A stretch of DNA of 64,000 nt from the NCBI GenBank assembly GCA_963735595.1, contig CAVTLK010000001.1, forward strand, positions 512,001 through 576,000. Reading direction: 5' to 3'. Below, piece after piece: positions 26,783-36,899 of the stretch. The stretch is from an uncultured delta proteobacterium (GTDB taxonomy: Bacteria > Desulfobacterota > Zymogenia > Zymogenales > Zymogenaceae). Numbering within the stretch: position 1 is the first letter of the stretch; each line of letters opens with the position of its first letter. Below the pieces are notes generated by a model, which did no database searches, was not told where the DNA came from, and was given only the letters and a program-made list of their open reading frames with translations. Made by a program: the position numbers and the translations under genes.

Positions 26783-27393
26783 TGAAAAAGCTCATTTTTA
26801 TTGCGGCGGTTATCGGGTTATTGATCAGTTGCGCACCCTATCGGGAGGAGACGAGGCCTGCGGCATTTATCCCCCGGTTCTCGGAGGAGTATATCCCCAA
26901 GGGCTACGAATTCGAGGGTAATACCGTTTCGTGTAAGGTCCTCAATTCATTTGTAAAAATCAAGTATTTGGAGCCGTCCGATATCGATCTCTTCTTTCTG
27001 AAACACAATCTATCAAATCCCTTCTTAGCCTCGCCGATCCTGAAGGATAACCTGACCATCTTTCTGGTGACCTTCGTGAATAATGAGGAAATGACGATTC
27101 GATTTAACCCGAGGAGGGCCTCTATCTATGTCGATGGGAGCTATTATCGGGGCTCTTTGGATTATACGGAAGTCATGATCGCCTTCGAAAAATTCTCGCC
27201 CGGCAGCGACAGCACCCAGTTCAAAAAGGCGATGTACGACCTGGACATGGACATCGGCCCGGGCAAATCGGTCGAGGGGCTCCTGTTTTTTCCCTTTCTT
27301 CCCAAGGGATCAAAGGACATCGTCGTCATGATTTCCGGCGTCCTGGTTCGCGATCAGACTTTCGACGTACCTTTTGAGTTTGAAGAGAAATAA
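26782..27393 (+). CDS. Hypothetical lipoprotein
   Basis: MKK-hydrophobic-LISC lipobox; overlaps the amrS stop. Confidence 0.7.
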   Translation: MKKLIFIAAVIGLLISCAPYREETRPAAFIPRFSEEYIPKGYEFEGNTVSCKVLNSFVKIKYLEPSDIDLFFLKHNLSNPFLASPILKDNLTIFLVTFVNNEEMTIRFNPRRASIYVDGSYYRGSLDYTEVMIAFEKFSPGSDSTQFKKAMYDLDMDIGPGKSVEGLLFFPFLPKGSKDIVVMISGVLVRDQTFDVPFEFEEK

Positions 27394-27397
27394 TCTG

Positions 27398-27426
27398 TTG
27401 ACAAGGTATACCGGTAGTGGTAACGT
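27398..27426 (+). promoter_or_regulatory. Sigma70 promoter
   Basis: TTGACA-N17-TAACGT with TG extension. Confidence 0.5.
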
Positions 27427-27478
27427 GTCGAAGGTTGGATAACATGGGGTATTTTTTTCTTAGCTCGGGAGTACTTCA

Positions 27479-27976
27479 ATGATATCAGAAAAGCTGGTAA
27501 AGCTCATCGAGGACAATGCCGACGAACTGACGAAATCATGGCTGCGCGACGTACGCGAGAATCCCACCACACCCACGTATCAGACTTTCCCGGAAGAAAA
27601 ACTCTATCAACGAGCCCACTTCGTCTATAGTCAGCTCGGCCACTGGATATCGAGAGAGACCGGCAAAGGTGAAGTCCGCGGATATTACATGAAGCTGGGT
27701 GAGGAACGTTTCAACGAAGGATTTGCCCTCTACGAAGTCGTCAGCGCCATCATCCTTCTCAAGCGCCACCTATGGCTTCACATCCTGTCCGACGGGCAGC
27801 TCTCCACCGCCTTTGAGTTGTATCAGTCCCTTGAGCTCAACAACCGGGTCGTCCTCTTTTTCGACCGGGCGGTCTACTACGCCATCATCGGGTACGAAGA
27901 CGCCTTTCGAAAGAAAACGGCCAAGGAAAAGGGGTTGTTCGGTAAGATCTTCGGCGGTAAAAAGAAGAAGAAGTGA
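27479..27976 (+). CDS. Stand-alone RsbRD_N / histidine-kinase N-terminal-like helical protein
   Basis: LIE..A.EL...W...V, Y..LG..R..EGF.L.EV..A..LLKR.LW, FFDRA.YY...GYE. Confidence 0.65.
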   Translation: MISEKLVKLIEDNADELTKSWLRDVRENPTTPTYQTFPEEKLYQRAHFVYSQLGHWISRETGKGEVRGYYMKLGEERFNEGFALYEVVSAIILLKRHLWLHILSDGQLSTAFELYQSLELNNRVVLFFDRAVYYAIIGYEDAFRKKTAKEKGLFGKIFGGKKKKK

Positions 27977-28083
27977 TCACCTGCCGCGTCCGGTGTTTCG
28001 TTAACCATGATCTGCGGCCGGTGCCTTTTTGATGCAGCGGAAACTCCGATATGGGAAAGACCAGGCTCTTTCCCGTATCGGAG

Positions 28084-28941
28084 TTATTTCTTTCTAATCT
28101 TTATTATCTCCTTATAGACGACGCTCGAAGGAACGCCGAGACGCCCCGAAACGAGCGCGGCGAGTTCCTTTGCCCGCTTATCAGGGTTGTCTGCGATAGC
28201 CGCCGTCACCTCCCCCTTTATCGTATCGTTATCGACGGACGTAATCGTTTCATCCCTGCCTGCCAGCACGATCACCATCTCTCCCGGTAACCGGCTTCTC
28301 TTCCCGATGACATCTAGTATATCCGATATCCTGCCCCGGATAACCTCCTCGTGCATCTTGGTCATTTCCCGACAGAGGGCCGCCCTCCGGTCGCCCACCC
28401 GGTCGAGGAGTTCGGCGAGAGTCCGGCCGACACGAAGAGGAGATTCGAAGATGACGGCCGTCTTGGTCTCTGCTGTAAGTTCTGAAAACACCGCCTGTCG
28501 CTTCTTGCCTTTCCGTGGCAAAAAACCGAAAAAGGCGAAACGATCCGTGGCAAGACCGCTGATCGACAGCGCCGCGATAGCCGACGACGGGCCCGGTATC
28601 GTGATAACGTCGATACCTTCGTCTATGCAACCTGCTATCAGGTATTGTCCCGGATCCGATACCCCGGGCGTTCCCGCGTCGGTAACCACCGCAACATCCT
28701 TCCCCTGATGCAGCGCCTCGATGATATCGCGGCCGGACCGCTGTCGGTTATGTTCCCGATAGCTGATCAGTTGCCCGGAGATGCCATGGGCGCTCATAAG
28801 GCGTTTTGTAATCCGGGTATCTTCTCCGGCGATGACGTCAACCGCCCTGAGCGTTTCGATTGCCCTCAGGGTGATATCCTTGAGGTTCCCGATCGGGGTG
28901 GAGACGACAAACAATGTCCCCACTTTTTTGCTTTTTTCCAT
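28084..28941 (-). CDS. rsmI: 16S rRNA C1402 2'-O-methyltransferase
   Basis: TPIGNL.DIT.RA, EDTR, DAGTP.VSDPG, FESP.R, REMTK.HEE. Confidence 0.95.
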   Translation of the reverse strand: MEKSKKVGTLFVVSTPIGNLKDITLRAIETLRAVDVIAGEDTRITKRLMSAHGISGQLISYREHNRQRSGRDIIEALHQGKDVAVVTDAGTPGVSDPGQYLIAGCIDEGIDVITIPGPSSAIAALSISGLATDRFAFFGFLPRKGKKRQAVFSELTAETKTAVIFESPLRVGRTLAELLDRVGDRRAALCREMTKMHEEVIRGRISDILDVIGKRSRLPGEMVIVLAGRDETITSVDNDTIKGEVTAAIADNPDKRAKELAALVSGRLGVPSSVVYKEIIKIRKK

Positions 28942-29001
28942 AATTTTTGCTTGATTATTTCATCTATCTTGATATAATACGTAGGTTTTTGGAGGTAAGC
29001 T

Positions 29002-29190
29002 ATGAGTCGAGTATGTGATATCTGCGGTAAGGGTCCCATCGTGGGTTGTAATGTGAGCCACGCCCATAACGTCTCGAAACGGAAATGGTACCCAAACCTT
29101 CATACTATGCGCACCCTCGTCGGCAGCAGGACACTTCGCGTCAAGATATGCACCCGATGCCTTCGTTCCGGTAAGGTGACCAAGGCCTGA
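29002..29190 (+). CDS. rpmB: 50S ribosomal protein L28 (CxxC type)
   Basis: [24 protein letters not shown]...CTRCLRS. Confidence 0.97.
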   Translation: MSRVCDICGKGPIVGCNVSHAHNVSKRKWYPNLHTMRTLVGSRTLRVKICTRCLRSGKVTKA

Positions 29191-29464
29191 TTTCCCCGGT
29201 CGGACGAAGCCCGATTCTGTCCCGTTATGGGGTCCCGGCCAAACGATCACCGTAGAGTGGCCGGAAGATCGATCATTCGGAAAGACATATAGAGGGTACG
29301 CATATACAATAGATACGACGACCTGGTAGCTCTGGTATTCTATAGATTCCTTCGGGCGGCCGTCTGTGCCGCTCATGTGTTTCTTTTATCAATCGGTTCC
29401 CCGTGCGCCGGGACCTTAACTCCTCCCGCGGCCGATACCCGGCAAATCGTCCGGCTATTGGTCG

Positions 29465-31615
29465 TCACGTGACCCGGTGAACGCTGATCACGTCCCGCTC
29501 CTTTTCGACCGCCCGAATAACCCGTTTTAGATGTTCGAGATTCTTTATCTGGAGCTCGAATTCACACCGTGCCTTGTTGTCTTCCATAGTCTTGAGCGCG
29601 CCTTCGGAGATATTTGCCTCCGAATTTGCGATGGCCTGCGCGATGGACGCGAGCATACCCTTTTTATTTTCGCAGATCACCTCGATCTTCGCATTATAGA
29701 CCTGCTCATAGCTGGCGTCCCACTGCACATCCACGAGCCGCTCGGTTGAAAGCTCAATCACGTTCGGGCAGTCCGCCGTATGGATGGTCACTCCCCTGCC
29801 CCGTGTAATGAACCCGACGATCTTATCACCCGGCACCGGATTGCAGCATTTGGCGAATTTCGTCATGATATCATTAACGCCCTTTATAAGCACACCGCCG
29901 GGCATCCCCTCCTTCTTGAGACGCTTCTTCTTGGCGGCCTCTTCAACGGGTTGTGGCTCGGTTTCCTTGATCTCCTCCTTCGGAACGAAGTGCTCGATAA
30001 CCTGTTGAGGCGATATCCGCGTATTGGCGACCTTTGAGAGGAGGTCTTCGAAATCCTTCGCCTTAAGGGATTCAATCGCAGACTTCATTGTCTGGGAATG
30101 CATGTGCTTCTGAAAGCTCAGTCCGAACTTCCTGAATTCCTTGTCGAGTATCTCTTTCCCGAAGGTTACGCTGCGTTCTTTCTGTTCGTTGATAAGCCAA
30201 TGCTTGATCTTCTGTTTCGCCTTGGAGGTGACGACCATCCGAAGCCAGTCCTTACTCGGCTTCTGTTTGCTGCCGGTGAGGATCTCGACAACGTCCCCGT
30301 TGACTAGCTGGTAGCGGATCGGCACGAGCTTCCCGTTGACCTTGGCGCCGACACATCGGTTGCCGACGTCGGTATGAATGCCGTAGGCAAAATCTATGGG
30401 TGTTGCTCCTTTCGGAAACGCCCTGACCTCCCCTTTGGGAGTGAAGACGTAGACCTCCTCGGGGAAGAGATCGACCTTTACGGTTCTGAGAAACTCGGAG
30501 GGATCCTTGAGGTCTTGCTGCCATTCGATGAGCCGCTGGAGCCAGTCGTAGCTCTTGGCGTCCTGTTTCTTGATGCCGTCTTTCCCTTCCTTATACCTCC
30601 AGTGGGCCGCAATCCCCTTCTGAGCAATCTTGTGCATTTGTTCGGTTCTTATCTGCACTTCGATACGCTCGCCGTAGGGGCCGATTACCGTTGTATGAAG
30701 GCTCTGATACATATTGGGTTTGGGCATCGCTATATAGTCTTTGAAGCGGCCGGGTACCGGCTTCCAGAGTGAATGTATGATCCCGAGCGTTCCGTAGCAG
30801 TCTTTGAGGGATTCGACGACGATACGGAAGGCGATCTTGTCGTAGACCTCCTCAAACCCGATCTCCTGAGCGCGCATCTTGGAGTAGATTCCGTACAAGT
30901 GCTTTACCCGGCTCTGAAGCTGGGCCTCGATCTTGTTCTTCTTGAGTTCCTGCTCGATGATAGAGAGTACTCCCTTGGAGTACTTATCGATCTCTTTCCG
31001 CTTGGATTCGAGCCTGTCGGATATTTCCTGGTAGGTCTCCGGCTTCAGCGTTTTAAAGGCGAGGTCTTCAAGCTCGGTCTTGATCCATCCAATTCCCAAG
31101 CGGTTTGCGAGAGGGGCGTAGATATCCATCGTCTCCTGGGCGATCGCCTCCCTCCGTTCCGCGGGCAGGTATTGAATCGTCCGCATGTTATGGAGCCTAT
31201 CGGAGAGCTTGATGAGGAGAACCCGAATATCCTTGGCCATGGCGATGATCATCTTTCGGAAGTTCTCCGCCTGCCGCTCCTCGGTATTGGAAAAACTCAT
31301 GCGGGATATCTTGGTGACGCCCTCGACGAGATAACTGATCTCCGACCCGAAGATCTCCTCGATCTCCTTGGATGTGGTCAGCGTATCCTCCACGGTGTCG
31401 TGCAGGAGCCCGGTCGCCACGCTCGGGACGTCCATCGTCAGCTCGCCCAGGATATAGGCGACTTCGAGTGGGTGGGTTAGGTACGGCTCTCCCGAGAGAC
31501 GGGTTTGCCCCTGGTGTACCTTCGCGGAAAATACGTACGCCTTCGATATCACCTCGACTTCAGCGTCGGGGAGATATGACTGCACCTTATCGGTTATATC
31601 ATTGAGACGGATCAT
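29465..31615 (-). CDS. relA: Bifunctional (p)ppGpp synthetase/hydrolase (RelA/SpoT homolog)
   Basis: H.GQ.R.SGEPY..HP, LHDTVED, DRLHNMRT, RFKDYI..PK.N.YQSLHT, TGS and ACT domains. Confidence 0.96.
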   Translation of the reverse strand: MIRLNDITDKVQSYLPDAEVEVISKAYVFSAKVHQGQTRLSGEPYLTHPLEVAYILGELTMDVPSVATGLLHDTVEDTLTTSKEIEEIFGSEISYLVEGVTKISRMSFSNTEERQAENFRKMIIAMAKDIRVLLIKLSDRLHNMRTIQYLPAERREAIAQETMDIYAPLANRLGIGWIKTELEDLAFKTLKPETYQEISDRLESKRKEIDKYSKGVLSIIEQELKKNKIEAQLQSRVKHLYGIYSKMRAQEIGFEEVYDKIAFRIVVESLKDCYGTLGIIHSLWKPVPGRFKDYIAMPKPNMYQSLHTTVIGPYGERIEVQIRTEQMHKIAQKGIAAHWRYKEGKDGIKKQDAKSYDWLQRLIEWQQDLKDPSEFLRTVKVDLFPEEVYVFTPKGEVRAFPKGATPIDFAYGIHTDVGNRCVGAKVNGKLVPIRYQLVNGDVVEILTGSKQKPSKDWLRMVVTSKAKQKIKHWLINEQKERSVTFGKEILDKEFRKFGLSFQKHMHSQTMKSAIESLKAKDFEDLLSKVANTRISPQQVIEHFVPKEEIKETEPQPVEEAAKKKRLKKEGMPGGVLIKGVNDIMTKFAKCCNPVPGDKIVGFITRGRGVTIHTADCPNVIELSTERLVDVQWDASYEQVYNAKIEVICENKKGMLASIAQAIANSEANISEGALKTMEDNKARCEFELQIKNLEHLKRVIRAVEKERDVISVHRVT

Positions 31616-31626
31616 CGTATATACGC

Positions 31627-32697
31627 CTACTTCGGTTGTGTAGTCGTCATTGCGTCTATCTCGGAAATTAGGGCGTCAACAATCTCTGCCTCGGCCAGTT
31701 TCCTGATTATCTTTCCCTTCTTGAAAAGAAGTCCATATTTCTTGCCCCCGCAAATTCCGATGTCGGCCTCGCGCGCCTCTCCCGGTCCGTTCACCTCGCA
31801 CCCCATCACCGCCACCGTAATCGGCAGGTCGTATCCGACTAGCCGCGCCTCCACCTCCTCGGCGATCGATACGATATCCATAGAAGTTCTGCCGCAGGTA
31901 GGGCATACGATGACATCCACCCCTCTCTTGCCCAGTCCGAGGGACGAAAGGATTGTATTGGCGCACAGCACCTCCGAGAGGGGGTCGCCGGCCAAGCTCA
32001 CGCGTATCGTGTCTCCGATCCCCTCGGCCAGGAGTATTCCGATCCCCACCGACGACTTGATCGCACCCCTCAGGACCGTCCCCGCTTCGGTTACGCCCAC
32101 GTGGAGCGGCAGATCGGTCCGTTCCGACACCAGTCGATATGCGGCGATGGTATCCAGCACACTCGTCGACTTGAGCGACAATTTTATGTTCGTATGCCCC
32201 CATCCCGTGACGAGCGCCGCCGACCGCAGCGCACTCTCGACAAGGGCCTCGGGACAGGGGCCGCCGTACTTCTTCAGGATGTCTTTCTCCAGGGAGCCCG
32301 AGTTGACGCCGATGCGAATCGCCACATCATCCTGCCGCGCCCGCTGGATAATCTCGAATAGTTTCTTTTCGCTGCCGATGTTTCCGGGATTGACGCGAAT
32401 CCCCGAAGCGCCGGCGTCTATAGCGGCCAGCGCCAGGCGGCGATCGAAATGAATATCGGCTATGATTGGAACAGGGGAATCTTTAACGATAGCAATAAGG
32501 GCCGATGCCGCCTCCATGTCCTTTACGGCAACCCGCACGATCCGGCACCCCGCCCGCGCAAGGCCCTGGATCTGGCCAACCGTCGCCCTTACGTCGGCCG
32601 TATCGGTCTTAGTCATCGATTGGACAACGATGGGATTATCACCGCCAATCGGAACCCCGCCGACGCGGACGACTTTTGTTCTTCTTTTAGAGATCAT
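31627..32697 (-). CDS. ispG: HMBPP synthase
   Basis: VQSMT, ADIHFD, RVNPGN, RIGVNSGS, GDTIRVSL, CPTCGR, MGCEVNGPGE. Confidence 0.97.
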   Translation of the reverse strand: MISKRRTKVVRVGGVPIGGDNPIVVQSMTKTDTADVRATVGQIQGLARAGCRIVRVAVKDMEAASALIAIVKDSPVPIIADIHFDRRLALAAIDAGASGIRVNPGNIGSEKKLFEIIQRARQDDVAIRIGVNSGSLEKDILKKYGGPCPEALVESALRSAALVTGWGHTNIKLSLKSTSVLDTIAAYRLVSERTDLPLHVGVTEAGTVLRGAIKSSVGIGILLAEGIGDTIRVSLAGDPLSEVLCANTILSSLGLGKRGVDVIVCPTCGRTSMDIVSIAEEVEARLVGYDLPITVAVMGCEVNGPGEAREADIGICGGKKYGLLFKKGKIIRKLAEAEIVDALISEIDAMTTTQPK

Positions 32698-34550
32698 TTC
32701 GGATACGATAGATCGGAACAATAGGTAACGACCGCCTCCTTACCCTTGGCCTTGGCTGCGTACATCGCTTTGTCGGCGGAGTTTATGAAGTCTTCGAGTG
32801 AGCTGATCTCGCTCATCGATGATATTCCTATCGAAATCGTCAATCCGTCGAGGCTCTTTTCGATCTTTTCCTTGATCCGATAGGCAATGATTTCAACCTC
32901 CGATGTCGTCGTGTTAGGAAGGATGATCGCAAATTCATCCCCTCCGTAACGAAACGCCGAGTCCATAGTCCCACGAATAGTTAGTTGGATGATCCTTCCG
33001 GCCGCCTTGAGGATCTTGTTGCCGGCCAGATGGCCTTTTGTATCATTGTAGCGCTTGAAATTGTCGATATCAAACATCATGAGACAAATCGGGTAGAACA
33101 TCCTTTTGGCGCGGTCGGTTTCTTCACCGATCTTTTGGAAGAAATGCCGTTGATTATAAAGATCGGTCAGGCTGTCGGTGATGGACATGCGCCGCAATTC
33201 CTCTTCGGACCGCTTCCTCTCCGTGATGTCCTTTCCCAGCATCAGGACCCCTCGGATTATACCTGACTCGTCGAGCAGCGGAGAGGTCGACACGACGACA
33301 TTCCTCACCTGCGCCCCCCCTTTTTCAAACATCTCCACTTCGTAGACCTGTTTTGCACCCGTCGTAATCGTTTTCTTGAACCGGTTACCCTTGTGCTTCG
33401 GGGTGAGGATATCGAGAAACGGTTTGCCTATCAACTCTCGCGGATTATATCCGAATTCCTCGAATTTCCTGTTGGTGTAGGTAAACCTCGCTTCGGTATC
33501 AAGGATATAGATCAGGTCGTTGGCGCTTTCAAGGATGTTTTCCAGATAGGCCTTTGCCTCTTTGAGTTCCGACTCGGCGCGTTTCTTTTCCGTTATATCA
33601 TGGGCAAAACAGAGGATTGCCAGCCGGTCGTTAAAACGGGTATAGGTAGTTTTCATCCAGACGGCGATTGTCGTTTTGTCCTTCCGCATTGCAGAATACT
33701 CGTATTCGTCAGATACGGTAATCCCGTTGATAGAAGCCTCATACGACTTCAATATGGCCTCCCGGGATTCGGGGGCAAGTATCTCGATAAATCCCTTGCC
33801 GACAATCTCTTCCTCGGTATACCCGAACATCTTCTGAAAGACTCTGTTTACGAAGACAAACCGGTAATCCTGGACGATGAAAACGGCATCGGGCCCCCGC
33901 TCCACAAAACGTTGATACCGCCCCTGCGATGCCGCCAGTTCTCTGTTGATTTCCTGAAGCTGGCGGTTAGTTTTTTTGAGTCTATTGAATGTCTCGACGT
34001 TGGAGATGCACACCGAGAGGTGATCGGCAATTGTGGAGATTACGCGCCGATCGTTTTCGGAAAGAGGCCGGGAAATATACTTGTCATCAACGATAATAAT
34101 ACCGATAGAATCGTTACGAAACGAGATAGGAGCGATGATATATGAGCCGAAGTCGAAACGGTCGGTAAGCTCATGGTCTTGAAATGTGCGGTCGGCCATA
34201 AAATCGCGGCGATGTGCATCCGGTACCGATAATTCCCGGCCGTTCTTAAACGACCATGCCGATACCGACAATCGTCCGTCCTTGTCAGGCGTAAGGGAAA
34301 CCGGCGGAATCGACCTCAGGAGCTTTGTAAATTCCAGCCCCGCCATTTCCCGGTCCCTCCCGATTCGGAATTTGAGGACCGACGATTTCTTATCCTTCAA
34401 GGCGATAATGACGCGGCCGTACCCCATCGTGTCGATTATCTCCCTGGTGACGGACTTGAGGACCGAAAGGAGTCCGCTTCCGTGAGTCGATACCGTCGTG
34501 AGGTTTTTAATCGCAATGAGATGGTTATCTGATGACGGGTCAAGAGACAT
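32694..34550 (-). CDS. GAF-PAS-PAS diguanylate cyclase
   Basis: GAF-like N-terminus, two PAS ending DITE.K, D.LT.LYN, DIDNFK..ND..GH, RYGGDEF. Confidence 0.92.
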   Translation of the reverse strand: MSLDPSSDNHLIAIKNLTTVSTHGSGLLSVLKSVTREIIDTMGYGRVIIALKDKKSSVLKFRIGRDREMAGLEFTKLLRSIPPVSLTPDKDGRLSVSAWSFKNGRELSVPDAHRRDFMADRTFQDHELTDRFDFGSYIIAPISFRNDSIGIIIVDDKYISRPLSENDRRVISTIADHLSVCISNVETFNRLKKTNRQLQEINRELAASQGRYQRFVERGPDAVFIVQDYRFVFVNRVFQKMFGYTEEEIVGKGFIEILAPESREAILKSYEASINGITVSDEYEYSAMRKDKTTIAVWMKTTYTRFNDRLAILCFAHDITEKKRAESELKEAKAYLENILESANDLIYILDTEARFTYTNRKFEEFGYNPRELIGKPFLDILTPKHKGNRFKKTITTGAKQVYEVEMFEKGGAQVRNVVVSTSPLLDESGIIRGVLMLGKDITERKRSEEELRRMSITDSLTDLYNQRHFFQKIGEETDRAKRMFYPICLMMFDIDNFKRYNDTKGHLAGNKILKAAGRIIQLTIRGTMDSAFRYGGDEFAIILPNTTTSEVEIIAYRIKEKIEKSLDGLTISIGISSMSEISSLEDFINSADKAMYAAKAKGKEAVVTYCSDLSYPK

Positions 34551-34914
34551 GAGGGTTACTTCGCACCGTCCAGTATTAGCTTGCCCTTTTGTATCACGTT
34601 TTTGTCATTCTTACAATGATATTTTGAGTATTTGGTTTCTTATATCCTGAGCATTTTACACAGGACGGTCCTCTCCCTCTACACATCGACATGAGCAGCC
34701 GGTCGCCCGAAAAGCCCGATTCGGCAACCAACGCAACAAAAAATCCTCTCGCAAAATAGCACCTACGCACGCAACCCGTATCAGGGACAAAATACGCGGT
34801 CATCCGAAAGCGGCGCGATCTATGATATTCAGCGTGCATATTGCACTCGAACGCATACTGTGCTATTATACCCACGGACTATATAGAATATTATAATTTT
34901 TGCCGTTTTTTCGT

Positions 34915-35850
34915 ATGGATTACGACTCAAAAAGGGACAACCGCCTGGTCATGAAGGGAGTGCTCTCCATCCTCTCCCTTCCCGGACTCATCCAGACCAT
35001 AGATACCAAGAAAAAAATCCGGATCTATCTGAAACCCGAAAGCAAGAGGGTCGGTAGGCTCTTTTTCTCGGAAGGCAAGATCGTCCATGCATCCGTCGGC
35101 GACTCCGTTCTGGGGAAAAAGGCGTTCTTCAGGATGATGGGCTGGAAGGACATTCCCTTTGAGATGTTCGAGCTGCTCAAAGATATGGAAAGCCCCGACC
35201 CGAATATATCAATGGACACCATGGAGCTCATCATCGAGGGGACCCGCCAAGTCGACGAGATCGGCCGTCTCCAGGCTAAGCTCCCGGTCTATTATAAGAT
35301 CAAGTGCGCGGACCCCGGGCAACGGGAACTTTCCCGTGAACAACAGGAAATCCTCGCGCTGATAGAGCCCGGGGATTTCGTGCGCAACGTCCTGGATAAG
35401 AGCAGTGAAGATGATCTGGCTGTTTACAAGACCCTCGTTCACCTTTCAGGTCTGAAGACAATCACATTCCTTCGGATAAAGGTGCTTGTTATCGACGACA
35501 ATCAATTCTTTGCCGGTATTATCAACGACGTTATCGAAAAGCTCTTCAAGAACCTCTTTACCACTCTGGTGGTTGGCAGCGGGGAAAAAGGGATAACCCT
35601 GATAGAAGGACCGAACAAACCCGATCTAATTATTTCAGACCTGATCATGGAAGGCAGGGACGGTTTTGATGTTATCGAAGCCGCTAACAGGCACTCAATC
35701 CCGGTCATGATCCTAACCTCCGAACGAAGGAATAGGGAGCGGATAGTTGAAAGCGGCGCCCTGTATATGCATAAGTCGGTGCTCGGCACCGATGAATTCA
35801 CCGGTATATTCAAGAAGGTGATGTTCGATATCCTGACAGCCGACCATTGA
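34915..35850 (+). CDS. DUF4388 (PATAN-like) plus receiver domain protein
   Basis: KG.LS..SLP.LIQ, G.LFF.EG.IVHA, G.KAF.R, ELIIEG.RQ.DE; KVLVIDD, DLIISDLIM...DG. Confidence 0.8.
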   Translation: MDYDSKRDNRLVMKGVLSILSLPGLIQTIDTKKKIRIYLKPESKRVGRLFFSEGKIVHASVGDSVLGKKAFFRMMGWKDIPFEMFELLKDMESPDPNISMDTMELIIEGTRQVDEIGRLQAKLPVYYKIKCADPGQRELSREQQEILALIEPGDFVRNVLDKSSEDDLAVYKTLVHLSGLKTITFLRIKVLVIDDNQFFAGIINDVIEKLFKNLFTTLVVGSGEKGITLIEGPNKPDLIISDLIMEGRDGFDVIEAANRHSIPVMILTSERRNRERIVESGALYMHKSVLGTDEFTGIFKKVMFDILTADH

Positions 35851-36141
35851 TTTCGCTTTCTCCTCCACGGTTACCTTTCCGGCGATTCGCACGACGCTCG
35901 TTCGAAGGTGCCCAACCCGCCACGTGTAGTCATCACACGGCATCCCGGATGCGCGATAACGCATGCGAATAACGCCCGCCGAATAAAGCGTCCGTTCCCA
36001 CGTCCCGATATAACAACCAAGACGCGTATGAAGAATAACGGGTTAGTTGATTTAATTAGATTCCGGGTGCGGTATCAGCGGGAGGAGTGTTAAGAACGGC
36101 CGCACCGTGCGGCTCCGTTGAAATACAAGGACAATCTCCGT

Positions 36142-36432
36142 TTATCGGTCGGCATCTCCATCCACTCTCTTTTTTAACTCTCGTCCAACCTTGAAAAAGG
36201 GGAGCCTCTTCTCTTTGACCTGGATAGTGTCGCCCGTCTTCGGGTTCCTTCCGGTATACGGTTTATAGTGTTTGACCGTAAAGCTCCCGAAACCCCTGAT
36301 TTCTATCTTATCGTTTTTTTTCAGCGCATCGGTCATTTCACTAAAGACATGGTTAATCACCGATTCCGATCTCTTCTGAGTAAGATTCATTCTCTTGGCG
36401 AGGACCTCGATCAGGTCTGATTTATTCATCAT
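36142..36432 (-). CDS. ihfB: Integration host factor beta / HU family
   Basis: MNKSDLI, IEIRGFGSF, GRNPKTG, PFFK.G.EL..RV. Confidence 0.9.
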   Translation of the reverse strand: MMNKSDLIEVLAKRMNLTQKRSESVINHVFSEMTDALKKNDKIEIRGFGSFTVKHYKPYTGRNPKTGDTIQVKEKRLPFFKVGRELKKRVDGDADR

Positions 36433-36481
36433 ACTGGCCCCCTATAGAACATAGAACCAATTGGAATGACCGAATCATACA

Positions 36482-36557
36482 TGGTGCCCCCGGCACGACT
36501 TGAACGTGCGACACACGGATTAGGAATCCGTTGCTCTATCCCCTGAGCTACGGGGGC
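36482..36557 (-). tRNA. tRNA-Arg (anticodon CCT)
   Basis: GCCCCCG acceptor stem, anticodon arm ACGGA-TTCCTAA-TCCGT, GTTCAAG T-loop, encoded CCA; 76 nt. Confidence 0.96.
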
Positions 36558-36899
36558 CTTTCGCTCGGCGGTGCTTAACGAACATAAAACAGATAGCCAA
36601 AACAGGAAGAAAATTAACACCTTTTCCTATCTATGTCAAGAAGATATTTGGATTTTTGACGTTTACCATAATAATCCGACACCCGCAATATCCTGGAGTG
36701 AAATTAAGCTTGCGGAAATTTGTTACCATAAAGCATTAGGGCGCCCGCGTCCCATGATATGCTGCAGATCATTGTAATGGCACACCGGACGGTCGACTAC
36801 ATCTTAAATAACCGGACCCGGTATTTCGGATAGTCCGCAATAAAACGGGCCGCCCTGAATCATCGATGATCCGGGTAACCCGCTGTCGGCAATAATCCG

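Noticed and set aside
36429..36620. Short ORFs overlapping tRNA-Arg (and 56078-56911 overlapping tRNA-Asn/mglA)
   Set aside because: They are explained by the tRNAs and real genes they overlap.
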